Assembly (NCBI GenBank): GCA_965277285.1 | Contig: OZ255721.1 | Span: 1,056,001-1,120,000, forward strand | Length of the DNA: 64,000 nt | Reading direction: 5' to 3' | Source of the DNA: Abditibacteriaceae bacterium | GTDB taxonomy: Bacteria; Armatimonadota; Abditibacteriia; Abditibacteriales; Abditibacteriaceae | Part shown: one piece after another, positions 20,664 through 30,648 of the stretch | Layout: each line of letters opens with the position of its first letter | Numbering within the stretch: position 1 is the stretch's first letter | Notes under the pieces: model-generated | Databases searched by the model: none | What the model was told of the DNA's origin: nothing | What the model saw: the letters and a program-made list of their open reading frames with translations, nothing else | Translations under genes and position numbers: made by a program

Positions 20664-21082
20664 CGTTTTGCCCACGAGCCCAGTCAACTTCAACGCCTCT
20701 CCTTCTCTAATAAAAAGCCAGCCCGCAAACCGAATCGCTTTATAACCCATAAGCGATGTTTGAAATTACCTTTACGCGGGTATAATACGGTGACCCCTAT
20801 TTTGTAAAGAAACGTGAAGCAGGTAGCGACACGAGTCACCGATTTGAAGAAATAACGGTGAAGGCCGCTGCAAGTAGCTGTCTTATCCAGCTTTCGTTTC
20901 ACGTCGGAGGAGGTGTAGGAAACGCGTCCGTGCAGATGCTCTTTTGCACTTGTCCCACATTCGCCCCACCCGCAGACACGCTGTGGATATACGCCACACC
21001 TGTCTACTTGCTGCTCACGCTGCTCGGTGGACACGTTTGAGCGTGCTTTCAATGCGAATGCCAGTAACATCGTTGCTAAACG

Positions 21083-23425
21083 TTGCCATTTACAATTCGA
21101 ACCAAGGAGTTCACAGTGCCATTTTCCACGAGTGTAAAACGCTTATCCTCCAAGCTTTTCAAGTCAAGTTGCACGTTGGCGGTCGCTGCAATTGCTTTGT
21201 CTGCTCATGCAGCTCATGCCGGAACCTGGACGCCAGTCAGTAACCTCGCGCCCGGTGGAATCAATCTCCTGATCCTGCTTTCCGATGGCACTGTCATGGC
21301 GCAGAATGGTGGCAGCGCGGGTTGGTACAAGCTCACGCCGAACAGCCAGGGCAGTTATGTCAACGGTTCATGGTCCACTCTCGCTTCCATGAACGACACA
21401 CGCCTCTACGGTTCGTCAGGTCTTATGCCCGATGGACACCTGTTCTATGCCGGTGCCGAGTACGGCACGGGTCGGACGACTTCCGAGGTCTATGACCCCA
21501 CTGCCAACACTTGGATGAGAACGCCTTCGGCGGGCCAGGATTTTTACGATTCGGTCTCCACGATCTTGCCCAATGGCAACGTCATGGTCGGGCCGGTGTT
21601 CCCCAGTGTTTCCGGCGGCACCGTGATTTATAGCTGGTCCACCAATACCTGGTCACAAGGGCCGACTTATGTGCGCGGAACCTACCAGGACGAAGCCAGC
21701 TGGCTCAAGCTGCCTGACGACAGTGTTTTGACAATTGATCCTTTCGGCCAGAATTCGGAGCGTTATATCCCATCGCTGAACCGTTGGGTCGATGACGCGA
21801 TGGTGCCGACATCCATGTACGATGGCAATGGCGAACTGGGAGCGGCCGTGCTACTTCCTAACGGCAAGGCTTTGTTCCTGGGAGGTACAGGACACACGGC
21901 GCTTTACACACCAAGTGGCAATACTAACCCTGGTACTTGGGCCGCCGGGCCGAATATGCCAGCCGGACTGGGAACTTCCGATGCCCCAGCGGCGATGATG
22001 GTCAACGGATCGGTTATCATTGCTATGGGTCCCGTCGGCACCTTGAACGGCCCGACGAGCTTCGCCGAGTATGATCCTAACGCCAATGCGTTCACGCAAA
22101 TCTCTGGACCCACCGGGCAAACAGATGGTGGGCAACCATTTGGTAGTCGCTTCTTGGATCTTCCCGACGGCAGCGTTCTGTACTCCAACGGCGGCAATAG
22201 GCTTTACACGTACCGTCCAAATGGTGGCCCGCTCGCATCGGGTAAGCCAAAGATCACAAACGTGGCGCATAACGCTGATGGCTCCTATCAAATTAGCGGG
22301 ATGCTATTGATGGGAATCTCCGAAGGCGCGGAGTACGGCGATGACGCTCAGATGGCGAGCAACTACCCGATCGTGCGTTTCACGGCGCCAAACGGCAACG
22401 TGTATTTTGGGCAGACAACACATTGGAACACAACAGGAGTGATGAAGGGCGGCGCAATCCAGAGTGCTCGATTCACGGCACCAACGGGGCTACCAGCAGG
22501 CTCATACTCACTGCAGGTGATAACCAATGGCATTGCCTCAGACCCCATTCCCTTCCCATCGTCCGAAGCATACTTCATGATCGTCAATCAAAACAGCGGT
22601 AAATCGCTTGACTTGATCGGTGGCAATACCGCGAACGGCGCAAACGTCAATCAGTGGACCTCCGATTATAACGGCCCCAACCAACGCTGGGCTTTGCAGC
22701 CGACAGAAAACGGCGACCACTTCAAACTCGTTTCCTGGGTGAGTGGAAAAGCGATGTCCATATCTGGTGATTCCACGAACACCGGCGCACAGTTAACTGA
22801 CTGGGATTACGCTGGTAACGATCCCAGCCAGCAGTGGGACTTGGTGGATGTGGGTAACGGCTGGTATAACATTCGTAATGTGCGCAGCGGACTGTATCTG
22901 GATGTCTCTTACGCCAACACCGCCGATAACGGAACCGTCTGGCAGTGGAGTTCCAACAACGGTGGCGCTAACCAAAAATGGCGTTTGCAACCGTGGGGCA
23001 ACTACTTCGTGCGCGCCGATAGCGGCAAGTACATCTGCGTTCAAAGTGCAGGCAGCAGCAACGGCAGCCCCATCATCCAATACATTCAAGAAAACAATCC
23101 GTGGTTCAAGTGGCAATTCGCCAGCGAAGGCGATGGTTTTTATGGTTTGTTCAGCCTCAATGCAACAAACCGCGTGCTGTGTGTCCAGAATGGCTCTTCG
23201 GCTGTCGGTTACGGCACGCACTTGTGGGACTACAATCCCAACAACGTCGGCGACCAGAAGATCCGCATTGCTCCCTTGACTAATGGCAAGTTCAAGTTCT
23301 ACTTTGGGCATGACGGCATGAGCTGGGACATCCCTGGCGGCAACACGGCCAACAACGTTCCGCTTCAACAATATCCTGACAATGGTTACTCCTGGCAGCA
23401 GTTCAGCCTTGAACGCGCGCAATAA
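21083..23425 (+). CDS. Secreted kelch-type beta-propeller protein with tandem ricin-B lectin domains
   Basis: Signal peptide AHAAHA; LLSDGTV / LLPNGK repeats; C-terminal QxW ricin repeats. The true start may be slightly downstream. Confidence 0.8.
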   Translation: MPFTIRTKEFTVPFSTSVKRLSSKLFKSSCTLAVAAIALSAHAAHAGTWTPVSNLAPGGINLLILLSDGTVMAQNGGSAGWYKLTPNSQGSYVNGSWSTLASMNDTRLYGSSGLMPDGHLFYAGAEYGTGRTTSEVYDPTANTWMRTPSAGQDFYDSVSTILPNGNVMVGPVFPSVSGGTVIYSWSTNTWSQGPTYVRGTYQDEASWLKLPDDSVLTIDPFGQNSERYIPSLNRWVDDAMVPTSMYDGNGELGAAVLLPNGKALFLGGTGHTALYTPSGNTNPGTWAAGPNMPAGLGTSDAPAAMMVNGSVIIAMGPVGTLNGPTSFAEYDPNANAFTQISGPTGQTDGGQPFGSRFLDLPDGSVLYSNGGNRLYTYRPNGGPLASGKPKITNVAHNADGSYQISGMLLMGISEGAEYGDDAQMASNYPIVRFTAPNGNVYFGQTTHWNTTGVMKGGAIQSARFTAPTGLPAGSYSLQVITNGIASDPIPFPSSEAYFMIVNQNSGKSLDLIGGNTANGANVNQWTSDYNGPNQRWALQPTENGDHFKLVSWVSGKAMSISGDSTNTGAQLTDWDYAGNDPSQQWDLVDVGNGWYNIRNVRSGLYLDVSYANTADNGTVWQWSSNNGGANQKWRLQPWGNYFVRADSGKYICVQSAGSSNGSPIIQYIQENNPWFKWQFASEGDGFYGLFSLNATNRVLCVQNGSSAVGYGTHLWDYNPNNVGDQKIRIAPLTNGKFKFYFGHDGMSWDIPGGNTANNVPLQQYPDNGYSWQQFSLERAQ

Positions 23426-23463
23426 CGTGCAACTGCATTCGTGACACATGGCGTGACGCCATA

Positions 23464-23503
23464 CGAAGAGCCGCTAATCGAGTACTCGATTAGCGGCTCT
23501 TCG
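23464..23503. terminator. 40-bp perfect palindrome centred on TCGAGTACTCGA
   Basis: CGAAGAGCCGCTAATCGAGTACTCGATTAGCGGCTCTTCG, 40 bp after the stop codon. Confidence 0.8.
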
Positions 23504-23581
23504 GCTTTAGTTTATGTGGGTTGTTCGTCCCGTCGGTATAGAAAGAACGCGCCGACAAGTGCATTATTTGCTTAAAACACA

Positions 23582-23618
23582 ACACCAGCGAGTACTCCAA
23601 TCGAGTACTCGCTGGTGT
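23582..23618. repeat. Double-palindrome hairpin
   Basis: ACACCAGCGAGTACTC-CAATC-GAGTACTCGCTGGTGT; 33 bp identical to 25671-25703. Confidence 0.9.
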
Positions 23619-23864
23619 GCCTGTTGCTCTGGTGGCAGGACTTGCTTGACAATTTGTTCCAAAGCAATCATCATAGCCCCATCCATTTGTAAGGACGAAG
23701 AGATGGGCTGGCATTCACTGAGATTGTGCCTCCCGAATCGGAGCCATCGTTGCTTGCGGCCGTTGCTCACTGTGGCCGTTGCCGAACGGAGCCATTGTCG
23801 CTCGTTCACATCGCCGCGTCGACACATCACCGTGTCTTATGCTGTGTCTTAACAAGGAGAAAAT

Positions 23865-25646
23865 ATGAAACGGATCGCACGTGGAACTCTCACTCTGCTA
23901 CTCGCGCTACTGTTACTTGCGGTGCAGCCCCTCGGCGCCAGCGCCGCCGGCAACAACTGGATGAACGGACTTGACGGCAATTTGCCGTTGTCGCAATTCT
24001 CTATTCCCGGCACGCACGACTCGGGCGCTTTGTACGAACCGGCCTCAGGCACGGCCAAGTGCCAGAACCTGAGCCTGGGCGATCAGCTAAATGCGGGTGT
24101 CCGCGTCCTGGACATTCGCTGCCGTCACGTCAACGACGCCTTCGTTATCCACCACGGACAGGTTTACCAAAACGCCAACTTCGACGACGTTTTGAATGCG
24201 ACTTTCGCTTTCCTGAACGGCAATCCCAGTGAGACCGTGATCATGAGCGTGAAAGAAGAGTACACGCCGTCCGGCGATACGCGCACGTTCGAGCAAACGT
24301 TTGATGCGTATGTCGCCAAGAACCCGAGCAAGTGGTATCTCGGCTCGGGTATTCCGACTTTGAGCCAGGTGCGCGGAAAGATCGTTCTGTTCCGTCGCTT
24401 CGGCGCCAGCGCCCTACCCAAGGGCATTGATGCCTCGAATTGGCCGGACAACACGACGTTTCAAACCGGCAACTACTTGCGCGCTCAGGACAATTATAAC
24501 GTTTCCAACAACGACACCAAGTGGAGCCAGATTCTGGCGATCTTCAACGAAGCACATTACGGCGGTCCCAATACCCTGTATATAAATTTCGCCAGCGGCG
24601 TGCAAAGCGGCGTTTTTGGAATACCGAACATTCCCGCCGTTTCCAACAACATCAACCCGCGCCTGGGCAGCTTCTTCAGCAATAACAAGAGCGGCAAATA
24701 CGGCGTCGTGCTGATGGATTTTGCCGACGCCGCCAAGTGCTCCCTGATCTACAATACCAGCTTCCCCAATGACGGGCCGCCCTCCAGCACGCCGCTTTTT
24801 ATGATCGTCAACAAAAACAGCGGCATGGCGCTGGACATGATCAGCGGCGACAGCGCGAACGGCGCGCGCATCAACCAGTGGAGCTTCGACGCCAATGGGC
24901 CGAACCAACGTTGGTCGCTGGCTCCCACCGAAGGCTCCAACCATTTCCGCATCGCCTCCTACGCCACCGGCAAGTGCGCCTGCATCCAGCAGGACTCGAC
25001 GAGTCCGGGCGCGCAGTTGTACGCCTGGGATTACACCGGCAACAATCCGGCACAGCAGTTCGACCTCGTCGACGTTGGCGGTGGCTACTTCAAGATCCAG
25101 AACGTGAAGAGCGGATTGATTCTGGAAGTCGCCAACGGGGCGGCGACCAATGACGCCAAGGTGCAACAAAACTCCGACACGGGCGGGGCCAATCAATTGT
25201 GGCGTTTGCAGCCGTGGGGCGATTACTACGTGCGAACATCGGTTGGCAAGTACGTGTGTGTGCAGGGTGCCAGCGGCGCCAACAACGCGCCCGTCATCCA
25301 GTACAGTTGGGAAGCCAACCCGTGGTTCAAGTGGCGCTTTGAAAGCGTGGGTGGCGCCGATCTGAAAGTCTCCAGCCTGATGGCGCTGACGCGGGCGATC
25401 TCTGTCGTGAATGGCTCCTCAGTCGCGGGCGCCAACACCGAGATTCTAGATTACAACGCGGCCAACACGGGCTACCAGAAAGTGCAAATCGTCCCGCTGA
25501 CGAACGGATTGAACAAATTTTACTTCGTGCATAACGACATGAGTTGGGATATTCCTGGCGGCAATCCGTCCAACAACGTCAATTTGCAGCAGTATTTCGA
25601 CAATACCAATGCGCAGCAGCAGTTCCGGCTGGAGCGCGTTCAGTAG
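23865..25646 (+). CDS. Secreted phosphatidylinositol-specific phospholipase C (X domain) with tandem ricin-B domains
   Basis: SIPGTHDSG, QLNAGVRVLDIR, HHG, PSETVIMSVKEE, RGKIVL; ricin repeats; RBS AAGGAG. Confidence 0.9.
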   Translation: MKRIARGTLTLLLALLLLAVQPLGASAAGNNWMNGLDGNLPLSQFSIPGTHDSGALYEPASGTAKCQNLSLGDQLNAGVRVLDIRCRHVNDAFVIHHGQVYQNANFDDVLNATFAFLNGNPSETVIMSVKEEYTPSGDTRTFEQTFDAYVAKNPSKWYLGSGIPTLSQVRGKIVLFRRFGASALPKGIDASNWPDNTTFQTGNYLRAQDNYNVSNNDTKWSQILAIFNEAHYGGPNTLYINFASGVQSGVFGIPNIPAVSNNINPRLGSFFSNNKSGKYGVVLMDFADAAKCSLIYNTSFPNDGPPSSTPLFMIVNKNSGMALDMISGDSANGARINQWSFDANGPNQRWSLAPTEGSNHFRIASYATGKCACIQQDSTSPGAQLYAWDYTGNNPAQQFDLVDVGGGYFKIQNVKSGLILEVANGAATNDAKVQQNSDTGGANQLWRLQPWGDYYVRTSVGKYVCVQGASGANNAPVIQYSWEANPWFKWRFESVGGADLKVSSLMALTRAISVVNGSSVAGANTEILDYNAANTGYQKVQIVPLTNGLNKFYFVHNDMSWDIPGGNPSNNVNLQQYFDNTNAQQQFRLERVQ

Positions 25647-25661
25647 TCTGCAGATTGCTTG

Positions 25662-25712
25662 ACGAAACAAACCAGCGAGTACTCCAATCGAGTACTCGCT
25701 GGTTTGTTTCGT
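25662..25712. repeat. Double-palindrome hairpin, terminator-like
   Basis: ACGAAACAAACCAGCGAGTACTC-CAATC-GAGTACTCGCTGGTTTGTTTCGT, 15 bp after the PLC stop codon. Confidence 0.9.
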
Positions 25713-25973
25713 TTCAAATATCCGACAAAACTTGCCCCGAGATGATGACCTGTATACTACCATTAGATGATGTTTTAGGAACATAGAATTAAAGAATGTT
25801 TGCGGTAAAACCCGCTTCTGGCGTACTTATGCCGCATGTCAAAATAACGAAAAAACGAGCAAATCCGCGATTTCATAGCATGTTTAGACGGCTAAACTGG
25901 AAGTTGCGGTATAAACAGATGTTCTGCTGCGGCGCGCGGCGAAACGGGAGCCGATGAACATATACTTCTGGAA

Positions 25974-26936
25974 ATGAGATATGCCCACTTAAAGCAAATT
26001 GATAGCGAACATTTGGCTGCTGAGGCAGTGCGTCTCTGGGCAAGGGAGCCTTCTTCTTTAGCTCATGTGCAAAATAGCGAAAACTTCATCTACCGCTTTC
26101 GTATGGGCAAACGAACACACTGGTATTACTTGTATTACTTGAGATTGACGCATGGGGAGCATCGTAGCTATGAACAGATTCTTGCCGAGTTGCATTTTGT
26201 CCTTCATTTGAAACGACTGGGATGCTGTGTAAGTTCTCCCATCTCGTCTCTAAAGGGTAGCCTTGTTGAGCCTCTTGTTCACAGCCAAACGCGGCTGCAC
26301 GCTTGTGTCTTCGAGGCTGCGCCAGGAGCGCGTGTCGAGGGGGACTTCGCGGCGTGGGAGCAAAGTCTTTTTCAAGAATGGGGTCAAGCCCTCGGCACAA
26401 TCCACGCCTTATCGAAGGGATTCCACCCTTCGGGGATAAGAAGATTACGCTGGAACGAAGATGATGTCCTACTCAACGCGCGAAATTATATCCCCGTTCA
26501 AGAAACCGCAGCTCGCGAAGAACTGGAACGGGTGTTAGTCTGGCTTGCAACTCTGCCTGAAAATGCGGAACGGTTTGGGCTGATTCATGGTGATTTGTGT
26601 TGCGCAAACTTTCATTACGACGGCCAGCGCATCACCTCATTCGACTTCGACGATAGCGCTTACCACTGGTTCGTCTATGACATAGTCTGCGCTCTGGCTC
26701 CAATGGCTTTTCATCCGCACAGACGCCTCTACCGGCAATAGATAATCGAAGGGTATCAACGTGTCAATTCACTTCCAGAAACGTGGCAGCAAGAGTTTGA
26801 TTGGTTCTTACAGCTGCGTGGTCTTTACTTGTTCATTCTGAATCTGAGAGATTGGGAAGGGCCGATGGCAGAGCACCCCAAGAGCAACCTCCTCAACATT
26901 CTTCGTCATTCGTTTGAGCAACCAGGAGGCTGGTAA
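25974..26936 (+). pseudogene. Aminoglycoside/homoserine-kinase-type phosphotransferase with an internal TAG
   Basis: GLIHGDL...NF...FDFDD motifs. After TAG at 26739-26741 the frame continues (IIEGYQRV...) to TAA at 26936. Confidence 0.75.
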
Positions 26937-27276
26937 AAGCGGTGTTCTAACATGAGGACATCGGCACAACAAGGCGCTGCGCCCGACCACCCACAGTCTG
27001 CTCTCGTTTCTCATAATGACGTTTTAGGCGTTAAGTCAAGTATGTTATTGCCTTTTTCAGTGTGGTTTAAACGGCATTATCACTGCCGCTGTTTTCCTCA
27101 GTTGCTTTGAATCTCGAAATGATTGAACGCTACTTTGAAAAAGCGGGAACAATGAGTCGGAATGCGGTGTTGCAATAGAGGAGACAGAAATCACCTATTT
27201 CAAAGGCGAGCCGGCGCCGATGTTCTACCGCTCCAAGGAGACTCTACCGCCACTTAACTATTAACCCCCTGCCACA

Positions 27277-27687
27277 ATGAAACGCGACTTGCACCCTGAA
27301 CTGTTTGGTAACGCATATATGAAAACCTCAATCACGCATGAATCAGCCCTTGAACCAGAAGGATTGGCTCGGTTTTTTGTGCAAAGAGCCAACGCCGGTG
27401 ACGTTGAAGGGCTTGTCGCTTTGTATGAACCCGATGCGGTTCTTGCTTATGGTGATGGGCAAACAGCGATTGGCACCGAAGCAATCCGCCGCTTTTACTC
27501 CGACTTGCTGGTCACTCGAACTTCATTCGATGAAGGCGAACAATCACCTCCCTTACGAAATGGCGACCTGGCTTTAACTTCGTCACGTCTTTCCAACGGA
27601 AGAGTGACAGCGGAAATCGCGCGACGGCAACCCAACGGAACATGGCTTTGGTCAGTCGATCAACCGGCCATCAATACACCATCTTGA
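27277..27687 (+). CDS. SnoaL/NTF2-like (YybH-type) protein
   Basis: NAGDVEGLVALYEPDA...ARRQPNGTWLW. Confidence 0.8.
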   Translation: MKRDLHPELFGNAYMKTSITHESALEPEGLARFFVQRANAGDVEGLVALYEPDAVLAYGDGQTAIGTEAIRRFYSDLLVTRTSFDEGEQSPPLRNGDLALTSSRLSNGRVTAEIARRQPNGTWLWSVDQPAINTPS

Positions 27688-27887
27688 TATTTGGGATTGT
27701 GTTTCAGCAAAAATTGATAATAGCCCTACAAACGCGCCGTTGCAGGCTCACACCATTCCAGGCTTTGGAAGCAGCCTGTGAGATACATCGAGCACTGGAT
27801 TCCGCCTTTCTTTGCTTCAGTCGAATGCACCATCGCACCTCGAACTCACCCCCGCGCACAAAACTTTTTTACCCAAAGGAAACTACC

Positions 27888-29036
27888 ATGAAAAATCGCA
27901 TTTACTCCCGCTGCCTCGCCCTAGTTCTGCTGACCGGCCTTGCTTCAACTGCCGTTACTCAGGCCCAGACGGTTTCGTTGCCGCCCCAACCAGCCGCCGA
28001 CAGTTTTGGAGCCGTTTATACCGCCACGAACGGTTCCACGCGCAATGAATTGTTGGCTTATCGCCGCTTTGCCGATGGCTCACTTTCGTTTCTAGGAACG
28101 TTTTCCACTGGCGGACGAGGAAGCAGCGGGGCCATTGATCCGCTGCAATCTCAGCACTCGCTTCTGCTGAGTGCTGATCATCACTTTCTCTTCGCTGTAA
28201 ACAGTGGCAGCGGCGATATTTCTTCGTTTGCTGTTTTGCCCGGCGGTCACCTTCGCGTCATTGATAGAACGCCCAGTGGCGGCGGATTCCCTGTTTCGTT
28301 AGCCATTCACAACGATTTGCTTTATGTTCTTAATTCGGGTGGTGCGGGTAGCGTCAGCGGTTTTCGCGTGGGTCGCGCTGGTCGACTTACACCGATTCTT
28401 GGCTCAACACACTTACTTAGCGGGCCGAGCGCAGGTGGAGCATCCATCGACTTTAGCCCCGACGGAACGGTTCTGGCCGCTACGGAACGATTGGCCAACC
28501 GTGTGGATACATTCCCAATTGCACCCGATGGAACAGCGGGTGCACCTGTGCTTAACCCGTCATCCGGCAGAACTCCTTTCAGCCTGACGTTCACACCTCA
28601 GGGCACATTGATAGTGGCTGAGGCAAATGGCAATCCGCAGGGTGGGTCTGCTATCTCTTCCTATGTCGTGCGTCCTGACACAGAATTATCCGCTGTCACG
28701 ATATCGGCGCCGACCAGCTTCGCTGCCGCCTGTTGGGTTGTGTGCACTGGAAACGGTCGTTACGCTTACACCGCTGATGCGGGCAGCAACGAGATCTCGG
28801 AAGTGGCTATAGGCGACGCTGGTCAACTGAATGTCTTCGGGTCGGTTGGTACAGGAACGGGCACCGTGCCGTTGGATATGGCATTAGCTGGCAATGACCA
28901 TTTTTTGTATTCGCTTACGGCAGGGGCCGGAACGATTACGGCACTTCGCGTGGAAGCGAACGGCACGCTGACTGCGCTTGGCTCCGTCACGGCGGTGGCG
29001 CCAGCCAACGGACAGAACGGTCTGGCTGCGTATTAA
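27888..29036 (+). CDS. Secreted lactonase-family beta-propeller protein
   Basis: RBS AAGGA plus ATG 27888; signal peptide; LFAVNSGSGDISSF, SGGGFPVS and ACWV repeats. Confidence 0.85.
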   Translation: MKNRIYSRCLALVLLTGLASTAVTQAQTVSLPPQPAADSFGAVYTATNGSTRNELLAYRRFADGSLSFLGTFSTGGRGSSGAIDPLQSQHSLLLSADHHFLFAVNSGSGDISSFAVLPGGHLRVIDRTPSGGGFPVSLAIHNDLLYVLNSGGAGSVSGFRVGRAGRLTPILGSTHLLSGPSAGGASIDFSPDGTVLAATERLANRVDTFPIAPDGTAGAPVLNPSSGRTPFSLTFTPQGTLIVAEANGNPQGGSAISSYVVRPDTELSAVTISAPTSFAAACWVVCTGNGRYAYTADAGSNEISEVAIGDAGQLNVFGSVGTGTGTVPLDMALAGNDHFLYSLTAGAGTITALRVEANGTLTALGSVTAVAPANGQNGLAAY

Positions 29037-29087
29037 GCATATAAACAAGAAAAGTAGAAAGCATCACCACTCAGACCAGAGAATCCA

Positions 29088-29237
29088 ATGAACGAGGAAT
29101 TGGCGAAGGCTTATGAAGAGTTACGCAACGAATTGCTCGAAGCAGAGAACACGAATCGGGACGACGAAGGCGTCGACTGGCACAGCCTTTTTGATCGGTG
29201 TCTCAAGATAAGAAACAGCGCAAAGGACGAGCAATAA
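29088..29237 (+). CDS. Small hypothetical protein (49 aa)
   Basis: Manual translation MNEELAKAYEELRNELLEAE...KDEQ; below the ORF-track cutoff. Confidence 0.4.
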   Translation: MNEELAKAYEELRNELLEAENTNRDDEGVDWHSLFDRCLKIRNSAKDEQ

Positions 29238-29279
29238 CACAACAGCGAGTACTCGATTTGAGTACTCGCTGTTGTGTTA
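29235..29279. terminator. Double-palindrome hairpin between convergent genes
   Basis: TAACACAACAGCGAGTACTC-GATTT-GAGTACTCGCTGTTGTGTTA; its ends overlap both stop codons. Confidence 0.85.
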
Positions 29280-29819
29280 AAAGAAGGGCATGAGGTCGGG
29301 AGTCCGCGTGGCAACAGCGGCGGATAGGGAAAGCGTCGGTGCTGGTGCTGCTGTATTACCGACCTGCCAGCCCGTCAGCGGCGGCGTGGACGGATTATCC
29401 GTGTTCGACTGGTAAAACCAACTGGGATATTGTCCAACAGTTTGGTTAGCCACAGCAGGAGCTATAAACCAACCCGAAGCTGCCGCGCCATTGACGCCAG
29501 AACGAAATAGATAGTGTCCCGAATCCAGCATGAACGTTGGCGCGCCGTTGAATGTGTTTCCTGTCGCCACATAAGTGTTGTTGCAGGCGGCTGTTCCCGC
29601 TCCGCTTGCCGTATAATTTGACATTTTTGCAACCTTGATAAGTCTAATTTGAACGACGTTGCGCACTGTCGAGCTACCGCCAATCCAACCGCCGCCAAAA
29701 CAAAGTAGCGCCAGCAATGGCCAAAACCAACGGTGGCGCGGTTTCATAACGATGATTCGAGTACTCGAAACACTCGAAACGCGTTGACCATGACGCGCCG
29801 CCATTTCGTCGCCAAACAT
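29277..29819 (-). CDS. Hypothetical prophage protein
   Basis: Last ORF of the minus-strand structural cluster; contains a hydrophobic segment. Confidence 0.55.
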   Translation of the reverse strand: MFGDEMAARHGQRVSSVSSTRIIVMKPRHRWFWPLLALLCFGGGWIGGSSTVRNVVQIRLIKVAKMSNYTASGAGTAACNNTYVATGNTFNGAPTFMLDSGHYLFRSGVNGAAASGWFIAPAVANQTVGQYPSWFYQSNTDNPSTPPLTGWQVGNTAAPAPTLSLSAAVATRTPDLMPFF

Positions 29820-30598
29820 TAAAACTCACCTGCAATTCCGATTAGGTCGAAACGGTCATCGCCTGCGTCGTGGGCGAACCCGTATTTCCATTTCTTTGCA
29901 GCCGTGAACGTCGTTGGCAGAACGGGCGCCGTGCCCAATCTCTGACCGCCAGCAACGCCCGAAGTCAGTGAAAGTGTGCGACCCCCAGTTGCGTCTTGTT
30001 TCACATACAACAGAAACTTTTGGCCTTTCACATAGTTGGTAAAGGCCAAAAGCGTCATGTTGGCGGACGCTATGACGACGGCTTTTCCGTTGTTGTAGGG
30101 AATCTGCGACAAGTCGATAGGCTGCGAAGCGTTGAACGTGAGCGGCACTTCGCCATTGATTTGCCAGTTCAAGATATGCCAGTTCAAGCCATCACTTTGA
30201 ACCATCATCACATCGTTTTGGAAATATAGTTTTCTCGACACCGTTAGGCCATCTATCGTCACGCCGCTGGTCGGTGTTATCGTCACGGTATTGGTTGTAG
30301 AGTCAGTTTTGACAACCAGATGGACATATCCCAGCGGCAACGATTGCGGATATGGCAAGGTTACATTTACGTTGGCAGCCGTAGCATCTACCCTGTTGGC
30401 TCCAGAAAAACTTAACTTTAGATAGTTCGACCATTGCGCCGTACCAACCGTGTTGTCGCTGCAAAAATACAGAATGTTGCCAACCGTATTTTTCCAAAGA
30501 CTGCCAACCGCAAACCCTTTGGTAACATCATCTGTTACCAAAGGCGCTCTTGTCGTGACGCGATAGGCCACACCTTCATAGCTCATAAGTTCTCCCAT
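29819..30598 (-). CDS. Tail fibre/appendage-like protein
   Basis: APLVTDDVTKGFAVGSLWKNT motif; DATAANVNVTLP...TIDG...SDGLNWHI module; LYVKQDATGGRTL. Confidence 0.65.
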   Translation of the reverse strand: MGELMSYEGVAYRVTTRAPLVTDDVTKGFAVGSLWKNTVGNILYFCSDNTVGTAQWSNYLKLSFSGANRVDATAANVNVTLPYPQSLPLGYVHLVVKTDSTTNTVTITPTSGVTIDGLTVSRKLYFQNDVMMVQSDGLNWHILNWQINGEVPLTFNASQPIDLSQIPYNNGKAVVIASANMTLLAFTNYVKGQKFLLYVKQDATGGRTLSLTSGVAGGQRLGTAPVLPTTFTAAKKWKYGFAHDAGDDRFDLIGIAGEF

Positions 30599-30648
30599 TC
30601 GAGTACTCGATAGCTAAGCCAAACAACTATCGAGTACTCGAAACTTTC

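Noticed and set aside
26739..26741. In-frame TAG as evidence of stop-codon recoding
   Set aside because: It is a single case, explained by TGG to TAG. TAG is a true stop at 25646, since the paralogous ricin module ends at the same residue with TAA.
19529..29279. Repeated palindromic units as a CRISPR array
   Set aside because: Spacing is irregular and gene-sized rather than 30-40 bp, the repeats vary, and no cas genes are visible.
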